Below, one piece after another: positions 13,342-29,020 of a DNA stretch of 64,000 nt. Source of the stretch: Eledone cirrhosa (lineage: Eukaryota); the NCBI GenBank assembly GCA_964016885.1, contig OZ024743.1, positions 107,942,001 through 108,006,000 of the forward strand, given 5' to 3'. Numbering within the stretch: position 1 is the first letter of the stretch; each line of letters begins with the position of its first letter. The notes below the pieces were generated by a model, which searched no databases, was not told where the DNA came from, and saw nothing but the letters and a program-made list of their open reading frames with translations. A program made the translations under genes and the position numbers.

Positions 13342-13450
13342 AATATATATATATAATAAGAGTAAAATGGAGTTTTCGTCGGACATACTGAACCTTCTGT
13401 ACAGACACACACACACATATACACACACTTATACACATACACATATATGT

Positions 13451-13522
<72 letters not shown>

Positions 13523-13790
13523 ATAGGCACACGAACAGAAGTGTAAGCGTAATTAATAGAAAAAAATAATAGAAGGGCAGGTAGGTGTAAAGATCGATAT
13601 GTACACGGATAGATAAATATATCTGCAGATAGATCGATAAAGTTATGTACATGGTGTGTTATATAAAGAAGGCAGAATGATAACAGCGCTGTATCTCTCT
13701 CCTGCACACTCACTCTCACACTCCTCTCCTCTCCGTCTCTTTCACGCTCGTTCACTTTCTCTCTCTCCCTCTCATTCGCGCTCTCTCTAA

Positions 13791-13844
<54 letters not shown>

Positions 13845-14937
13845 AACACTTTCTCTAACTCTCTCTCTATCTACCTTGATAATCAGGCATGAAAATCCTC
13901 TCTCTTCTACTCTTTCTCTCATAAGCACACACAAACATGTTTATATACGTGTGTGTATGTATGTGAGTGTGTGAACGCGTGTGTGTATGTGGAGGAGGGG
14001 GGGTCTGTGTGTGTGTATGTGTATGTGAGTGTGTCTATGTGTTCGCATAACCGAATATTTGGACGCGAGCTTACATCCATGTACATGAATGTATTTATCA
14101 TGTGCACACACACACATATATATATGTATATATGCCCATTTATTTTCGCCCACGCCCGGATGAACGTGTCTATTTCCAAACAGAGATGTGTCTATGTAAT
14201 GTAGGAGTCAATATTCGGATTCACTCACCCGGAAAATGTTGCACGTGATACATATCTGCTTACATACTTGCATTGGCTATGGATAGGTAAATGTGCAGAA
14301 TTGCAATTGATGTTGTTACACACTTCTTGCGCATATCTATTCTTTCACATAGTAGTGAGAGTTGAATATCTACTAACTAACATTTTCCTTGTGTATCTCT
14401 CTCTCCCGCACTTCTCATATGTGAGTGTGTGTGTGTGTGCGTGTGAGTGTGTGTGTTTTTGTGTGTGTGTTTGTGAGTGTGTGTGTGAGCATCCCAAAAT
14501 TAGAAAATAGCTGAGAAAATTGAAAATTACTTAAATTATGCTTAGAGACGGAAAAAAATTAGACGGGGTGCCTGTGTTGTATCGAACCATTTGTGTGTAT
14601 ATAATTCTTTATTCAGTTCGTTTCCTGTTATACAGGTGTGCAAATAATTAAAGAACCCAATTTAAGATGTAGCGTAGGATATATTTTGAAATATTCATCT
14701 TCATCTACTTTGAAAACATGGCGAGTTTAAAACAATAATATATCTATATTATGAAATCCCTTACAAAAATATTTGCTATAGATATAGTTGGAACATAGTT
14801 TTTTTCTTTCTCTCTTTCTGTATCTTTCTCTGTGTACGCATACGTCGTAAATGCCTGCATATGTATGCATGATTATATATACCTGTGTTTGAATGTATGT
14901 ATGAATATATATACATACATACATATATATATATATA

Positions 14938-15152
14938 GTAATAATAATAAATTTGAAGACTAAAATCCAAAGAGGGCTCGATAAGGATAAATATATATCA
15001 AATATATAAGAACCGTAGAGCAAATATTTATTAAAATAACATATTAAAGTTTAAGCAAAGAATCGCTGCTTTCACCCTTAACGGGATCTTCTGAAGATCC
15101 CGTTAAGGGTGAAAGCAGCGATTCTTTGCTTAAACTTTAATATGTTATTTTA

Positions 15153-15154
<2 letters not shown>
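14938..15154. mobile_element. Family B element ending in a perfect 62-bp-arm palindrome (15030-15154)
   Basis: Centre CTTC-T-GAAG at 15092. Related copies at about 44965-45078 and 55498-55625. Contains CTGAAGA-T-CCC-GTTAA-GGG-T-GAAA. Confidence 0.75.
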
Positions 15155-15220
<66 letters not shown>

Positions 15221-15632
15221 TTGTATGCATGTATATATAATGTGTGTGTGTGTGTGTATTTAATTATAATGCTATATATATTTATGCGGGAGATCGGTGA
15301 GTTTCGTAGAAACGGTAAAGACTGCTGAATCATTAAATATCGATCTGTTATATAATTTCGAGAATTGGTAGGAGCGTTAGAGCGCTTAAATATATTGCTA
15401 TACTTACTCAAGCTTTTTGCATTCTAAGTTCAAATCTCACCCAGGTTAAATTCACCTTTCATTCTTGCGAATTGAAATGTTTCGCAAATACTTAACGTCC
15501 ACTACACTATGCACTTACAGGAAAATGTCTTGAAGGATTGGCCTTATTGATCAATCAACTGGAACACGCATCGTCGAAACCGATGGAGTTCCATGGAGTT
15601 ACAAAACATGGCTTACAATGCTTGCACTCTTT

Positions 15633-16152
15633 AGGCAGTATCGGTTGACCGTCGGAGACTTTGATTCACGGCATAGAGTTACGGCACTTTACATTCTGAT
15701 TTCAAATTCCGCCGAGTCTGGCTTTGTCTTTCATCCTAACGGGATCGATAAAATAAAGTACCAGTAAGGCACTGGGGTCGATTTAATCGACATTACTCTC
15801 TCCAAAGATTTTTAACCTTGTGCCTATATCACAAACCATTATATATTTTCCATTTTTTTTTTTAATTTATTTATTCAATTATATTACTGCGAGAATATGA
15901 AGTTAAGGAAACTGAGATATGTCAATTTTCTCTCACTATGAGGGTTATTTATTGGCAGAATTGATAGAACGTCGCATAAAATGTAATTGTTACATATTCT
16001 TGCACTTTACATTATGAGTTCACATACCGCTGATAGCAACTTTTTATTATATTTCTTGGTTAGATAAATTTCAGTACCAGTCAAATACTATGTTTGAATT
16101 AATGAATCTTAACTTCCCCAAAATTGTCTGGCCTTGTGCCCTAAATTAGAAA
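15633..16152 (+). mobile_element. Two diverged SINE family 1 copies (about 15633-15840 and 15950-16152)
   Basis: B box-like TTCAAATTCCGCCGAG, central domain and GCCTTGTGCC tails. Confidence 0.7.
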
Positions 16153-16829
16153 TCGATGACTTTAACCTACGAAAGGGAATACACTGTAATCGAACAGTTA
16201 TTGTTACCAAACTTAGCGAGTCCGAAACTGACATAGTTTATTATTTTTAGGGCTAAGAAGGCTAACAAACAATAAGTTTCATGATTTTAAAAATATTGTT
16301 TACTGTTGTATCAGTGAGAGAAAGGCAGTGCCCATAATATCCTTTATCAGGCACCCCAGAATAGTAGGGTAGAAGGGGAATTGTGTCCTTTAACCAGATA
16401 ACTGGTTCGAAATTTTGCTATAGAAAGGATTTCGCTAATACCACTCAAGTCCAGGTAAGTTGTTTAAACAAGGCAACTAAAAATCGGGCAAGGCACACGA
16501 GGATATAAACTTAGAAAGCAAACATCCGGAACAAATACCAGATGTCACCACAACTGATGCTCTAACAATGCCACCAACCGACTATCTCTAGACTTGTACG
16601 CCTTTGTGGCAAATAAAGAAATCTATCTTAGACTAGTACATCCTTGTATTGACTGAAGATGTATGAGAAAGTTGGAACCCATACCGCAAAGTAAGAGTTA
16701 ACTCCTGTCGCAAGCGCAATGGCTAGAATGATTTCATTAGAGTACATTATGCACACCCCTTGGAAGAGACACCAGCCCAACACAGTTTTAAATCGCAATT
16801 AGTGGTATTATTTATGTATCTTCATGAGG

Positions 16830-17012
16830 AAGTGGATTGGCAGAATCGGTAGAAGGTCGGACGCCATGCTTTTCAGCATAGAGTTACGGCCCTTTATGGT
16901 TTGAGTTCAAATCCCGCCGAGGTTAACTTTGCCGTTGTTTCTTACGGGGTCGATAAAAGAAAGTACCAGTAATGTACTGAGTAATTGCTGGCCTTGTGCC
17001 ATAGAAACAATT
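16830..17012 (+). mobile_element. SINE family 1, full-length, with TSD-like TATTTATGTATCTTC
   Basis: The same 15-mer occurs at about 16809 and 17011, and a further tail plus flank copy follows at about 17030-17055. Confidence 0.9.
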
Positions 17013-18269
17013 ATTTATGTATCTTCTAAGTAGAAACAATTATTTATATATCTTCAGCTGAATGGGCTGCAGTAACATGAAATAAATTGTCTTGTTCAAG
17101 GCAGAACTGCCAATCTGATCCTAAAACACTATGCCCTAAACTCTATGGCGTATGCTTTCACTAGACTCTAAACATTTTGCCAGTTGACCACCGCTTAATA
17201 TTATCTCAAAGAATCCGTTCCAAATGATCAAAATACACGAATTCCACTAACTTCCTAAAAACTTACTATATCAACCAGTTCCATAGTTTTACACATCTAA
17301 AGGAGTATTGATCTATATTAGATAAGCAAGAAGTCAGAAAGATGCCAATATGGCAGAGTCGTTCGTACGTCGTATTAAATGCAACGGAATTTCTTACAAC
17401 GCACTATAGTTTGAGTTCAAATCCTGTGGTATCCGTGCACGTGTATATACTTTGTTGTTTTGTTTAAATGTTATCTAATGCATTGCATTGCTGTTCATGT
17501 ACCTTACATGTTCATGTATAAGTCGCATTTCCATTTTAAATCAGTGAAGTAGACCGTGCTTGTGTAGTTCTAAATATGTTTACATTTTGTATCAAATACT
17601 ATTGCATGCTCATATGTGGTAAATTGAGAACACACATAAAACGTTTGAAATATATTTTTTTACAAATGCTATTCAGTCCCAGGGAAATATCAAACCCAGG
17701 ATCATTGATCTTGCATGAATGCATATGTGTGCATGTGTGTGTCTGTGCATGTGTGTGAATAAGCATGTGCTTGTATGCGAATGTAATATATATATTTGAT
17801 ACAGCAAAATATAGATGGCGAACGAATTGATCGAACTATATTTGAAAAGTCTCTGCTGTATAGTGTGCCCATATTTGGGCAGCTAAGTACTACAAAGCTG
17901 TATGTGCACTTGATTCAATGCCTTCTGGTGCAAGAATGTGTGTGTGTGAACATGTATGAACATGAATGGAATTGTATGCATGTGTAAGCGCGTGTGTGTG
18001 TAAATGTGTGTGGTCATGTGTGAATGCGTGCAGTATCGGCTCTAGTCGTTGCAAACGCTGCAGTCTTGCAACAACAGCTATGCACCTCTTACAAGTTACC
18101 TTGTTTTCATCTTAACTTCTTTTCTTAAACACACACATTCACAGACACACGTACACATACACTCATACATACAAACACAAACATATATGTATATCTATAT
18201 GTGTGCGGGTGCATGCGTTTATGTGTATACACACATATATATATATATATATACATTCGAACGCAAACG

Positions 18270-18383
<114 letters not shown>

Positions 18384-19207
18384 AAGGTATAGAGATCGGC
18401 AAACAACGTTTATACTTTGAATAGAATCATAGAATCAAATTGTATAGGATAACATTTCGAGTCGAGAAGAATAGAGAGATAATTTCAGTATGATTTCTAC
18501 TCTATATTCTCCTGTTTCCAACACTTGCAGAGTTGTATCTATAACGGTCAAGCGACTCCGCGTATTTTGGTGGGCTTGGTGAAACGACATTAAATAAACT
18601 TCATTGTATATAGAAAATCCTAGCTTGCTAGATGTTACTACAGAGAAGCCCATTGTATTATATACTAGATTTGTTAGTGGATAGTGCAAAGAAAAAGCGA
18701 GAGACTCTAAAATCATTTTATACAATAGACCAGCTTGAGAATAAATAGTACAGAGAGAGGGCGAGGGGCAATAGAGAGAAGAAGAGAAAGATAGGCATTA
18801 TATAACATACCGTAACTTGTCAGTGGATTGTATAGAGTTGACGCGCGAGAGACCATAACGACTTGTATATATAATGTAGAATGATAGTATATAGAACGGA
18901 GAGAGAAAGAGGGGGGTAGAGAAAGAGAGAGAGAGGCATTGTATAATATAGCATATCCTTATTGATATTAGTACATAGGTAGAAATGGAGTGCATTGTAT
19001 ATAACTGAATATCTTGATGTTGATAGTACAGCGAGAAGCATTCTATAAGAAATATACCATACAACAATAGTGCATAATGCACAGCGAGCGAGAGAGGTGT
19101 CAGAAGAACATTGCATAATATATCATATCTTCATAGTACAGAGAAGGAGAAATGTGAGAAAGATCGTTAAGCATTATATATAATAACATACTTTGATAAC
19201 AGATAGT

Positions 19208-19429
<222 letters not shown>

Positions 19430-20644
19430 CCTGAAGAAATGTGTCTATCGCTATGTATCGTCTGCATCTCGTCTTCACCTTCTTTATCATTGTCTTGCTG
19501 TTACTCTCTCCGCGTGTACTCCGTGTATGTCTCTTTCTTCTCAAACATACACACACATAATCTAATAGAATCCTTCTCACAGTAATATAGTGAATTCTCT
19601 CTCTCTCTCTCCCTCTCTCACTCTCTCTCTCTCTCACACACACACTGATATATATATGTATATGTGAGTATGTGTGTGTCTATGTATATAGATAGATAGA
19701 TAACAATGAAGATTAAAAAGAAGAAATACATCAACAACAACAACAGATAACTGTGATCGCCTGATTATCAGATGGTGGTGGAGCTGAGGGAGAGACGCAT
19801 TTTGAAATAGTTTTGATAAACTCACAAATTATAATTTGATGAAGTCGTGTATTATTTGGTGTGAATTCATGTGTATATTGGTCGGAGGTGGGGTTTCACG
19901 GTTGGTGTAGGGATTAGAATGGTGGGATAAAGAATAGGGAAAGAGGGCGTTATGGGTAATAAGGTAGCGGGAAGAATGTAAAATGGAGTGGCGTGAAATA
20001 AAAGTATGTATAAAGAAAATGATATGTGGAATGAAAGAAAAAAGAAAGATAGAAAGAATGAATGAATGGATGATAACAGAAGGATAGAAAATATAAGAGA
20101 AAGGATAGAAAGAAATTAAACAAACAAGGAAGAAAACGTTTGGAAAATCACTGAGAGGGAGATAGAAGGGGAGGTGAGTTGAGATGTAAGAAAGAAGTAG
20201 AGAAGATGCTGAGTGAAGAGGGGGAGATAGGTAGAAGTGAGAAGTGAGTGTAAGATGTTGGGGAAGAGAGAAGGAAGATGTATAAAGAGAATGAACGTTA
20301 GAAGTATGTGAAGGGGGAAAGAAAGAGTAGTAGTCAGGTAGAATGAGGGAACGGAAATACGAATCAAACAGGGGTGGTGGTGGAGTGTACATAAAAACAA
20401 ACCCAGAACATTTACACACAAAAATATAGAACATAAACAGAAGAAAATAATACACACACTTCGAACACAGGCATATATACGAACATATCACACAAAGGCG
20501 TGCGCGCTCGCACATGCACATAAATAAAGAAATAATTCTAAAACAAGAAACCATTAATTATATAAGCATAGAACAAGATTAGAGGAGGAAACATGAAGAA
20601 ATATATACGGAAATATTGCAAGACATACACGCACACACGCACAC

Positions 20645-20703
<59 letters not shown>

Positions 20704-20741
20704 ACACACACACACACAGACACACACACACACAAAGAGGT

Positions 20742-20778
<37 letters not shown>

Positions 20779-20988
20779 AGAAAGCAACGAGAGGAAGATA
20801 CAAGGATAAAAGATATAAGAAAGGGAAGAAAAAGTTATAAAGCAAAACAATGCAAATTATTTAAAAAAAGAAATATGTTAAAAATATATCTGCAGTAGTG
20901 AAGATGTACTGAAATAACTCTCAGATATATGCAAGAGAGTGCATATATATATATATATGCATATATGTGTGTGGGAGAGAGAGAGGGG

Positions 20989-21098
<110 letters not shown>

Positions 21099-21400
21099 GT
21101 GTGTGTGTGTAGACTGTCATATATATTGTCGACACAATCCAAGCATGCTTTACAACAAAAAGATAATATTTATTTTAAAAAATTCAAAGAATTTTGCTTT
21201 TACAAGTCATGATTTCGACATAGATAGAAATGATGTATAACAGATTGGATTACTCATACTCCATCATACATACAAACCTGTACACATATAGTTACATACT
21301 TACACCCTATATACATACATAAATATATTCATATATTCATACGTACACACAGATATGTATATATTCATACAAACAGATATGTATATATCTGTGTGTATGA

Positions 21401-21576
21401 AGGCGCAGAGCTTAGTGAGTAATATGTTCGACTCACGATCTTAAGGTTGTGAGTTCATAGACTGGTGGCACGTTCTGTCATTGAGAATTACGTTACTCCA
21501 GTTCTTCCAGTTGGAAAATTACTTGTATCTGTATCTTAAAGAACTGGAACACTCATCATTGGAACCGAATGAGGTC
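21401..21576 (+). mobile_element. SINE family 2, diverged
   Basis: GGCGCAGAGCTTAGTG...GGTTGTGAGTTCA head and AACTGGAACACTCATC tail. Confidence 0.55.
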
Positions 21577-21602
21577 TAACACGCACATATAATAAATATC
21601 AG

Positions 21603-21795
21603 GCCGGAAGATTGGTAGATTCGTTAAACGACGGAGAAAATACTTAGCATTATTTGTTTTTGATCTTTACGTTCTAAGTTTTACCTTCTGCCCGTACAAA
21701 TTTGTTAAAATAAAGTTCTTTCTTCTCAAATCCTGTGTTCGATATAATCGACATTACCCTCTGCTAACCTTGTGCGAAAAGTAGAAACATTTTAT
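21603..21795 (+). mobile_element. SINE family 1, old diverged copy
   Basis: ATTGGTAGATTCGTTA head and ACCTTGTGCGAAAAGTAGAAAC tail. Confidence 0.55.
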
Positions 21796-22192
21796 TATTT
21801 TTTTTACTTGTGGTCTGTGGAGTTGTGTACTATGAGTATCTACAGTGTGAGTATACTTATGCTCCAGGCGCTGATGATCCCCAACCTATAAAATATATGA
21901 ATAGTTAAACAAACACGTTAAACAAATAACGTTATTAGCAGTTGATTTGGCTCAAGTGCAGTGATTATTTAGCGTACAAGGGCCTTATGCTTGTGTATGT
22001 CCAAATCTAGTTTTGCGCAGTTCTAATTTTGCTTTTTTGGGTAGGTTTATATTTCGAGTCAAATGCTATATGCAATAACATGGTAAATGATGGTTGAAAC
22101 ACTTAGAAATCTCCATTACATATGTTTCTCAGATTCAGAGTAAATCAAACAGCAGGTTATTTTACCTGAAACAAAAGGTTTGTGTAGTTCCA

Positions 22193-22463
22193 AAATTTCC
22201 TTTCAATAACGCCTGATGGTGTGTGTAGTATGTGGTATACAAACTGGACGATGTTAAGCCACTAGTTATATTGAAATGTTTCAAGGAAAACTCTGATTTT
22301 TTACTACAAAATAATTCAATGTGTGATCATCACACATTGAATTATTTTGTAGTAAAAAATCAGAGTTTTCCTAGAAATATTTCAAAATAACTAGTGGCTT
22401 AACATCGTCCAGTTTGTATACCACATACTACACACACCATCAGAGGTTATTGAAAGGAAATTT
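22193..22463. repeat. Near-perfect palindrome with about 135-bp arms
   Basis: Centre GTGTGAT-C-ATCACAC at 22328. The arms differ at only a handful of positions. Confidence 0.95.
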
Positions 22464-23159
22464 AAAGACAGAATTCAATTTTTGAATAGTTTTTTTCTGT
22501 ATTAGCTGAGTTGTTAGAGTGTCGGCAACACGACAGGGTTAATTTTGTCTCTCATACTTCTGGGCTCAACAAAATAAAGTATCCATGTGGTCGATATAAT
22601 TGACTTTCCTCTCAAAATTTGAGGCGTTCAACAGTTTGAGCATTTTCAAATATTACAGCCATTATCTTGTTTTAATGCGACAACACTATATTAGGTTATA
22701 ATCTCTAGTCTTATTTAACACCCACAGCTGGCAACTGGTTAATTTTAGCAGGGTCCAATATGTTGCGAGCATTCAGACTTCCAAAGGGAGGAAACTTCTC
22801 CCACACTCTCCAAGGGGCTGAAAAGTGTCATGGGCACTGATCGTCTCTCTCTCTGACTAAACAGCAAAAGAAAAGAATAATATTATCAGAGCTGACATGA
22901 AACTACACAACAAAATTAACCGCCATAATAGTAACAACTATAGAAAATACCACAACGATAGCAACAATAACAACCACAATACCAACAATAACAAGCTGTG
23001 CAACATGCTTTTTAAATTTCTGTTTTTTAATGAGGTTAATTAGTTGTTAATGATGAAACCAAACTTACTTATTACTTTTACCTATTAATTAATTTATTTA
23101 TTTATAGAAAAACAACAACAAAAATAATTTATAGTCACCGCAATGCCGATACTTATAAT

Positions 23160-23795
23160 AATTGGTTCTACTTTTTGGCACAAGTCCAGCAATTCACCAG
23201 TGCATTACTGGTACTTTATTTGATCGACCCCGTAAGGATGAAAGGCAAAGTCAACCACAGCGGTATTTGAACTCAGATCGTTAAGGGACGTAACTATGCT
23301 GGAAAGCATGGCATCCGACCCTCTACCGATACTGCCAATCCACCGCCGATACTTATAATAGTAGTTAATGAATATAGGTAGCTATAAAATAATTGTTTCG
23401 ACATTTGGCCCAAAGCCAGCGATTATCCCAGTGCATCACTGGTACTTTATTTTATCGACCCCCGTAAGGATGAAAGGCAAAGTTAACTTTAGCGGGATTT
23501 GAACTCAGACCATAAAGGGCCGTAAATCTATGCTGCAAAGCATAGCAGCCGACCCTCTATCGATACTACCAAACCACCACCCTTGCCGCTGCTTATAATA
23601 ATTTTTTCTATATTATAAGAAGCAGCAAGGGTGGTAGGTGATGAATATATGTAGCTATAAAGTAATAATTGTTTCTACTTTTTGGCACAAGGCCAGCAAT
23701 TACTCACTACATTACTGGTACTTTATTTTATCGACCCCGTAAGGATGAAAGGCAAAGTTAATCTCGGCGGGATTTGAACTCATATCGTAAATGGA
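23160..23795 (-). mobile_element. Three head-to-tail SINE family 1 copies (23160-23347, 23391-23580, 23667-23795)
   Basis: The first copy has TSD-like GCCGATACTTATAATA on both sides. The spacer ATGAATATA.GTAGCTATAAA is repeated. Confidence 0.9.
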
Positions 23796-25684
23796 CAAAG
23801 TAATAATGTATAGTTATATAGAATGAAATAGTGTAAAGTAAACCCTGTTGATGGAAGATGTCTCTGCTATTTTTTCTCTGTCTCCAGGGGTACTTTTTCA
23901 AGTATTATATAAAGTAATCAACTATTGCTATAGTTTTCTTCATGGTGATGGATATATTTTCATATTTCTCAATGCTTCGTAAGACAACCATATATTTTGT
24001 TTTGCTTTTTTGAATATCTTGCGGGGAATACTTCATTCGTTTTAGTTATCGCTGATAATATTACAAGTTATTGTTGTTATTTTTGTTACTATTTTTTGCT
24101 GATATTATTGTTATTGTTGATCTTCCCGTTATTGTTGTTGTTATCGTTGTTATTATGGTTATTATTGTTGTTGTTATTGTAGCTGTTATTAGTAGTATTA
24201 TTATTTTGTTTTTGGTCTTGGTTAACCATGTTACTATTACTATTGTTGTTGATATTTTTCCTATTGTTGCAGATCTTGTTATTCTGTGTGCCTTCTCCGC
24301 CGTGCTCTCAGTTCACCATATGTGAATAATAATGATGTGAAGTCTGAAACTATGTAAATATAAACGACTTAGACGCGAGACTGTGGGGTGCCAGTCGGGA
24401 GGTAATGGTGCTGGTTTTGATGGTCGTAAGTGTGGGACTGTTATGGGTGGTGTTCATGGTGAAATTGCTAATGGCAGTGGGAGTGTAATGGGTGGTAGAA
24501 ATAGTACTAATGGTGTGTGGTTTTCATCGTAGTATTGTTTTGTTACAGTGGTGTTGATGGTGGTGATAAAGTGATTGTTAGGGTTGCTGGTAGTGGTATC
24601 AGGTGTGGATATGATGGCGGTATGTCGTTCTCATAGTGCTGAGGTGTTTGTGATGGTAGTAGTAGCTAAAGAGTTTAGTGTTGTTGGTGGTGTTGATATT
24701 GAGGGTTTGATATTGTTAGTGTTACCCGTGGTTGTTTCTAATTCTTGGACAATGTCAGTAAAACTGACGGGTAAGGAAAGTCGATTTTACCGACCTCAGC
24801 ATGTGACTGGTACTTTATATTATCGACCACAAAATAGGGAAAAGCATAGTTCAACTCGGTGGAATTTGAATTCAGAAATTTTGTAAATCCTTTGATTTAG
24901 ACACAAGGCCAACAAGTGTCCGGGATGGTGGGGACCTATCATATCAACCGCAGTAATAGTCTGGTAGATTATTCTATTGATCCCTGTAATGGTCAAAAGA
25001 AAATTGAGAATCTACTAGGGTCAGAATAAAACTCAACAATACTAAACTGAAGACCTGGGAGCGATGTAACTAAATAACACTAAGTATTGTATCCAAAGCT
25101 CTACTGATTCTATCGTTCCACTCCAAAGCCACTGTCCCCTCCATTGATCCAACGTTCTCTCCACCGATCCAACATCACGTCTGCCAAGACAACGCTCTTT
25201 CTTGAAACCCATCGTCCTTTTTGGCAATCCACCTTCCTCTCTGCAAAATCACCGCACTCCCCAAATGATAATTTTGATACATGTTGCACGTGTCAACAAA
25301 TTAACGAGAAGTTGCTGGAAGCCGAAATAATGAGAAATATGTGACTTAAACGTTTCTACCAAGAGAATTATTGATATAAATATAGAAAAGCAAGAATTGG
25401 TTTGCTGCAGGGAATCGAACGAAGCTTTCCTGCTGGTGTTCTCATCTCTCTGCTGAACCCCTCTCTCTCTCACTCTCTCTCTCCCAAACTCTCTCTCTCT
25501 CCCTCTCTCTCTCTCTCTTTCTACTCCTCTTTCTTTCTTGAAAAAGGCAATAGTAAACACAGAGGGGTGTTGACATAACAGTCGTGCTGTTCGCCACATT
25601 TATCTAAGAATAATATTTTCATTGAGAATATTACACCTGACCGTGGTTCCTCATTATAATAAGCACACACACGCACACACACGC

Positions 25685-25776
<92 letters not shown>

Positions 25777-26875
25777 ACATATATATATATATATATGTAT
25801 AAACAATCCTTGTATATTTATTTATATTATTTTATATTACTTATATACTTCGTCAGCTAATTGGTGCTATTATCAACTTCACGAGAACGATGGTATTACG
25901 AGCAACAAAATGGAGAATTATCGTCTACTGGAGCAAATAAACTCATTTGTTAATGAAATTAATTAGATTAATCACTACTGATTAATGTTTCCCTCAGTAC
26001 AAAGCCAATTTTTCCATGGGACTGATGTTGAATTCATTGCATTGAAATCTAATTTTGTTCAGGTAACCTACTTCATTGAATATTGGTGTCACGCTACTCG
26101 TTTTCTCCTCTCTTCCAATTAATAGGATCGGTGGATCTTTGAATTAGTACCAATTTTGTTCCAGCTCTCTGCACTCCGAGTTCAGATCCCGTCAAGATCA
26201 AGTTTGCCATTCAACTATTTGCCGTCTACAATTAATGTAACATCCGGGAGGTGTATATTAGTGGTACTGTTAAAGGGTCTGGCGTGATGAAAAACAAGTT
26301 TTCATTTTTGTTAGGACACTTTATCAAGCAGAACCACAGAATGTTTTTATGTAACCCACTTTGGGTTAGTGTAGTATAGAGAAAAACGTAGCATAAAGTA
26401 GAAGTATATAATACCTTCTTGTAGAGTAGAATTGCTTTAAAGTTTACAGTAGTGCATTGCAATATAATATAATATTTGGATTAGTTCCAATATTCCCTGG
26501 CTTCAAGTGGTTGGATGGAAGTCAATTTATGCTGAAATCTTAGCAGCATATATACGTATGTGTACTTATATATGTGTACTTATATATGTGTATAAATGTT
26601 ACTGTAACGCATGTGTTAGCATATGTATAAGTTCATGTCTGTGTATGTGTGTGTTTTCGTATTTGATTGCATAATATGGGTTGCCATGACTTATCTAAGT
26701 GCATATGCAGATTATATGTCGATCTTTATACATTCATATATATATATGTGTGTGTGTGTGTGTACTAAACAATATACATTTGCAAACACCATCTTCTTAG
26801 CAAAAATAGCATTAAGGCCTATTATTACATATTACATATTTACACTCAGCATACTCAATGCGAATGATATCCAGG

Positions 26876-26931
<56 letters not shown>

Positions 26932-27167
26932 TACAATCACATACATACTGCTTCTTTTCTTCAGCTCTCACTCCCTCTCTCTCTCTTTCTCTCTCTGTCT
27001 CTCTCTCTCTCTCACTCACACACAGACTTACCCACTTACTCTGTCCTTTTCACTCAAATACCAAAAACATAATCTCCCCAAGGCATTCAGTGTAACTTAA
27101 TACATAAATACAAATATGTGCGCATGCTCTTCTCATTTTCGATGTTTACGTATACACACACACACAA

Positions 27168-27221
<54 letters not shown>

Positions 27222-27223
27222 TG

Positions 27224-27256
<33 letters not shown>

Positions 27257-28798
27257 CTGACATACAAAAATGTACGCTGCATAATATATAGTGTCTTCTA
27301 ATCACCATCATAATATGGTGGGTTCGATTTGCGATGGCATGTGTGTTTTAGCAATTTAATTGAAGGGGGCTCATCTTCCACCACACTATGTGGTGCTGAA
27401 TCTTGTTAATAGTTGTGTCAAGTGTTTGATGAGATCTCAAACACTTGCATGTTCCAAAGCTAGAACATTCATCGCTGGAATCGATGGGGACCCAATAACA
27501 TGTATATCATTTTTGCGCATGCATGTATATAATTCAGAGACGGAGCTTATCTAATAGAATGGACATTGCTTAGGTCGTCTTCTCTCACTCAATATACTAA
27601 GTAAGTCCGTATTATTAAAATCCAAACCAAACTGATACACATACGTTAATAAGTGAGGAAGACGACTTTGTGTGGGTAGGAGAATTGAGATACCCTGACC
27701 GATTCATCAGTTTCTACGATTACCATTGTTCCATCGTTCCGAGTGGAACAACCATGTGCAGAGAATTAGGTAATGTTAGTATACATTGCGTAATTTGGCC
27801 GGGGACATTGTCGCCATCAGGAGTTCGCCTCGCCTCCCTGTAATGGAAAGTTCCACATAGCGTGATAGTAGTACATCGCAAATGCATATAGTAGATCTCA
27901 ACTATAGTTATTCATATTTGTGTCAGGGTTATTAAGTAACACATTTCAACAAATATTCAAGGATTAACTTGGATTTCAGGTGTTTACTCTCAGGGCGTAT
28001 TATTTTGGAAAAGCCTAGTAGGGTGGTAATTTAAATCACAGTCAACCACTCCCCATCCCTCACTCACACACTATATTTCTCTTCATCTTTATATATATAT
28101 ATGTATATATATATATACATACACATACATATCGGTTGGGTATAAAATTAAAGGGTCAACAACTAATGCAGTACTGTGTATATTTTACATGCACTCTATT
28201 AAATGATATTCCTCAGGTCCTGCTTACTAAGCAAGAATTCTTGCTCCTGCAAGAAATCAAGACAAATTTTAGTTGCACCACTGTTTTTAAAAAAATATGT
28301 CAGGCAAGCAGATTTTTGTTTTATGAAGTAACTACATACATACACACACACGCACATATATATATATATATGAGAGAAAGTGGGGGTGCAGAAAATATGT
28401 ATATAGTTATATATGTACACGAAATATATTTCAAAATCATCACGACTCATTACCACGCAAAAAGAAGTCTTCCTTTTTTTAAATTTGCCATGACACACAT
28501 GATAAAAATATTTGCAGATGCAACCAGCCTCGCTTTTCTTAAACCGACCAATCTAAAAAACACCCAAATTAAAAAAAAAGTATAATTCCACAATCCATTA
28601 TTCACGACGCATGTAAAATGAAAATGAAACATGTATCCTATAAAAAATAAATTTGAGTGAAAATTCCATGTTTAAAACTGAAACTTGAAAAATGAAAAGA
28701 AGCTCTTGGTAAAAATAAGACTTTTTAAGATCTGAGTTTAGAAGTTTGGTTCACTCATGCAGATATACATAAAAGCATGCGTATATATTTATAGAAAC

Positions 28799-28872
<74 letters not shown>

Positions 28873-28986
28873 TGTGTGAGAAAAAGGAGGGAGAGAGAGT
28901 ATGTGTGCATGTATATATATATATGTATATATATACATGCACACATACTCTCTCTCACACAAAGAAACACACACACAGACACACAC

Positions 28987-29020
<34 letters not shown>

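Noticed and set aside
16650-16680. CTGAAGA..GAAA motif
   Set aside because: No stem I or II pairing, so likely chance.
19829-20554. 241-aa F/L/S-rich minus-strand ORF
   Set aside because: Complement of a purine-rich low-complexity tract, with no motif.
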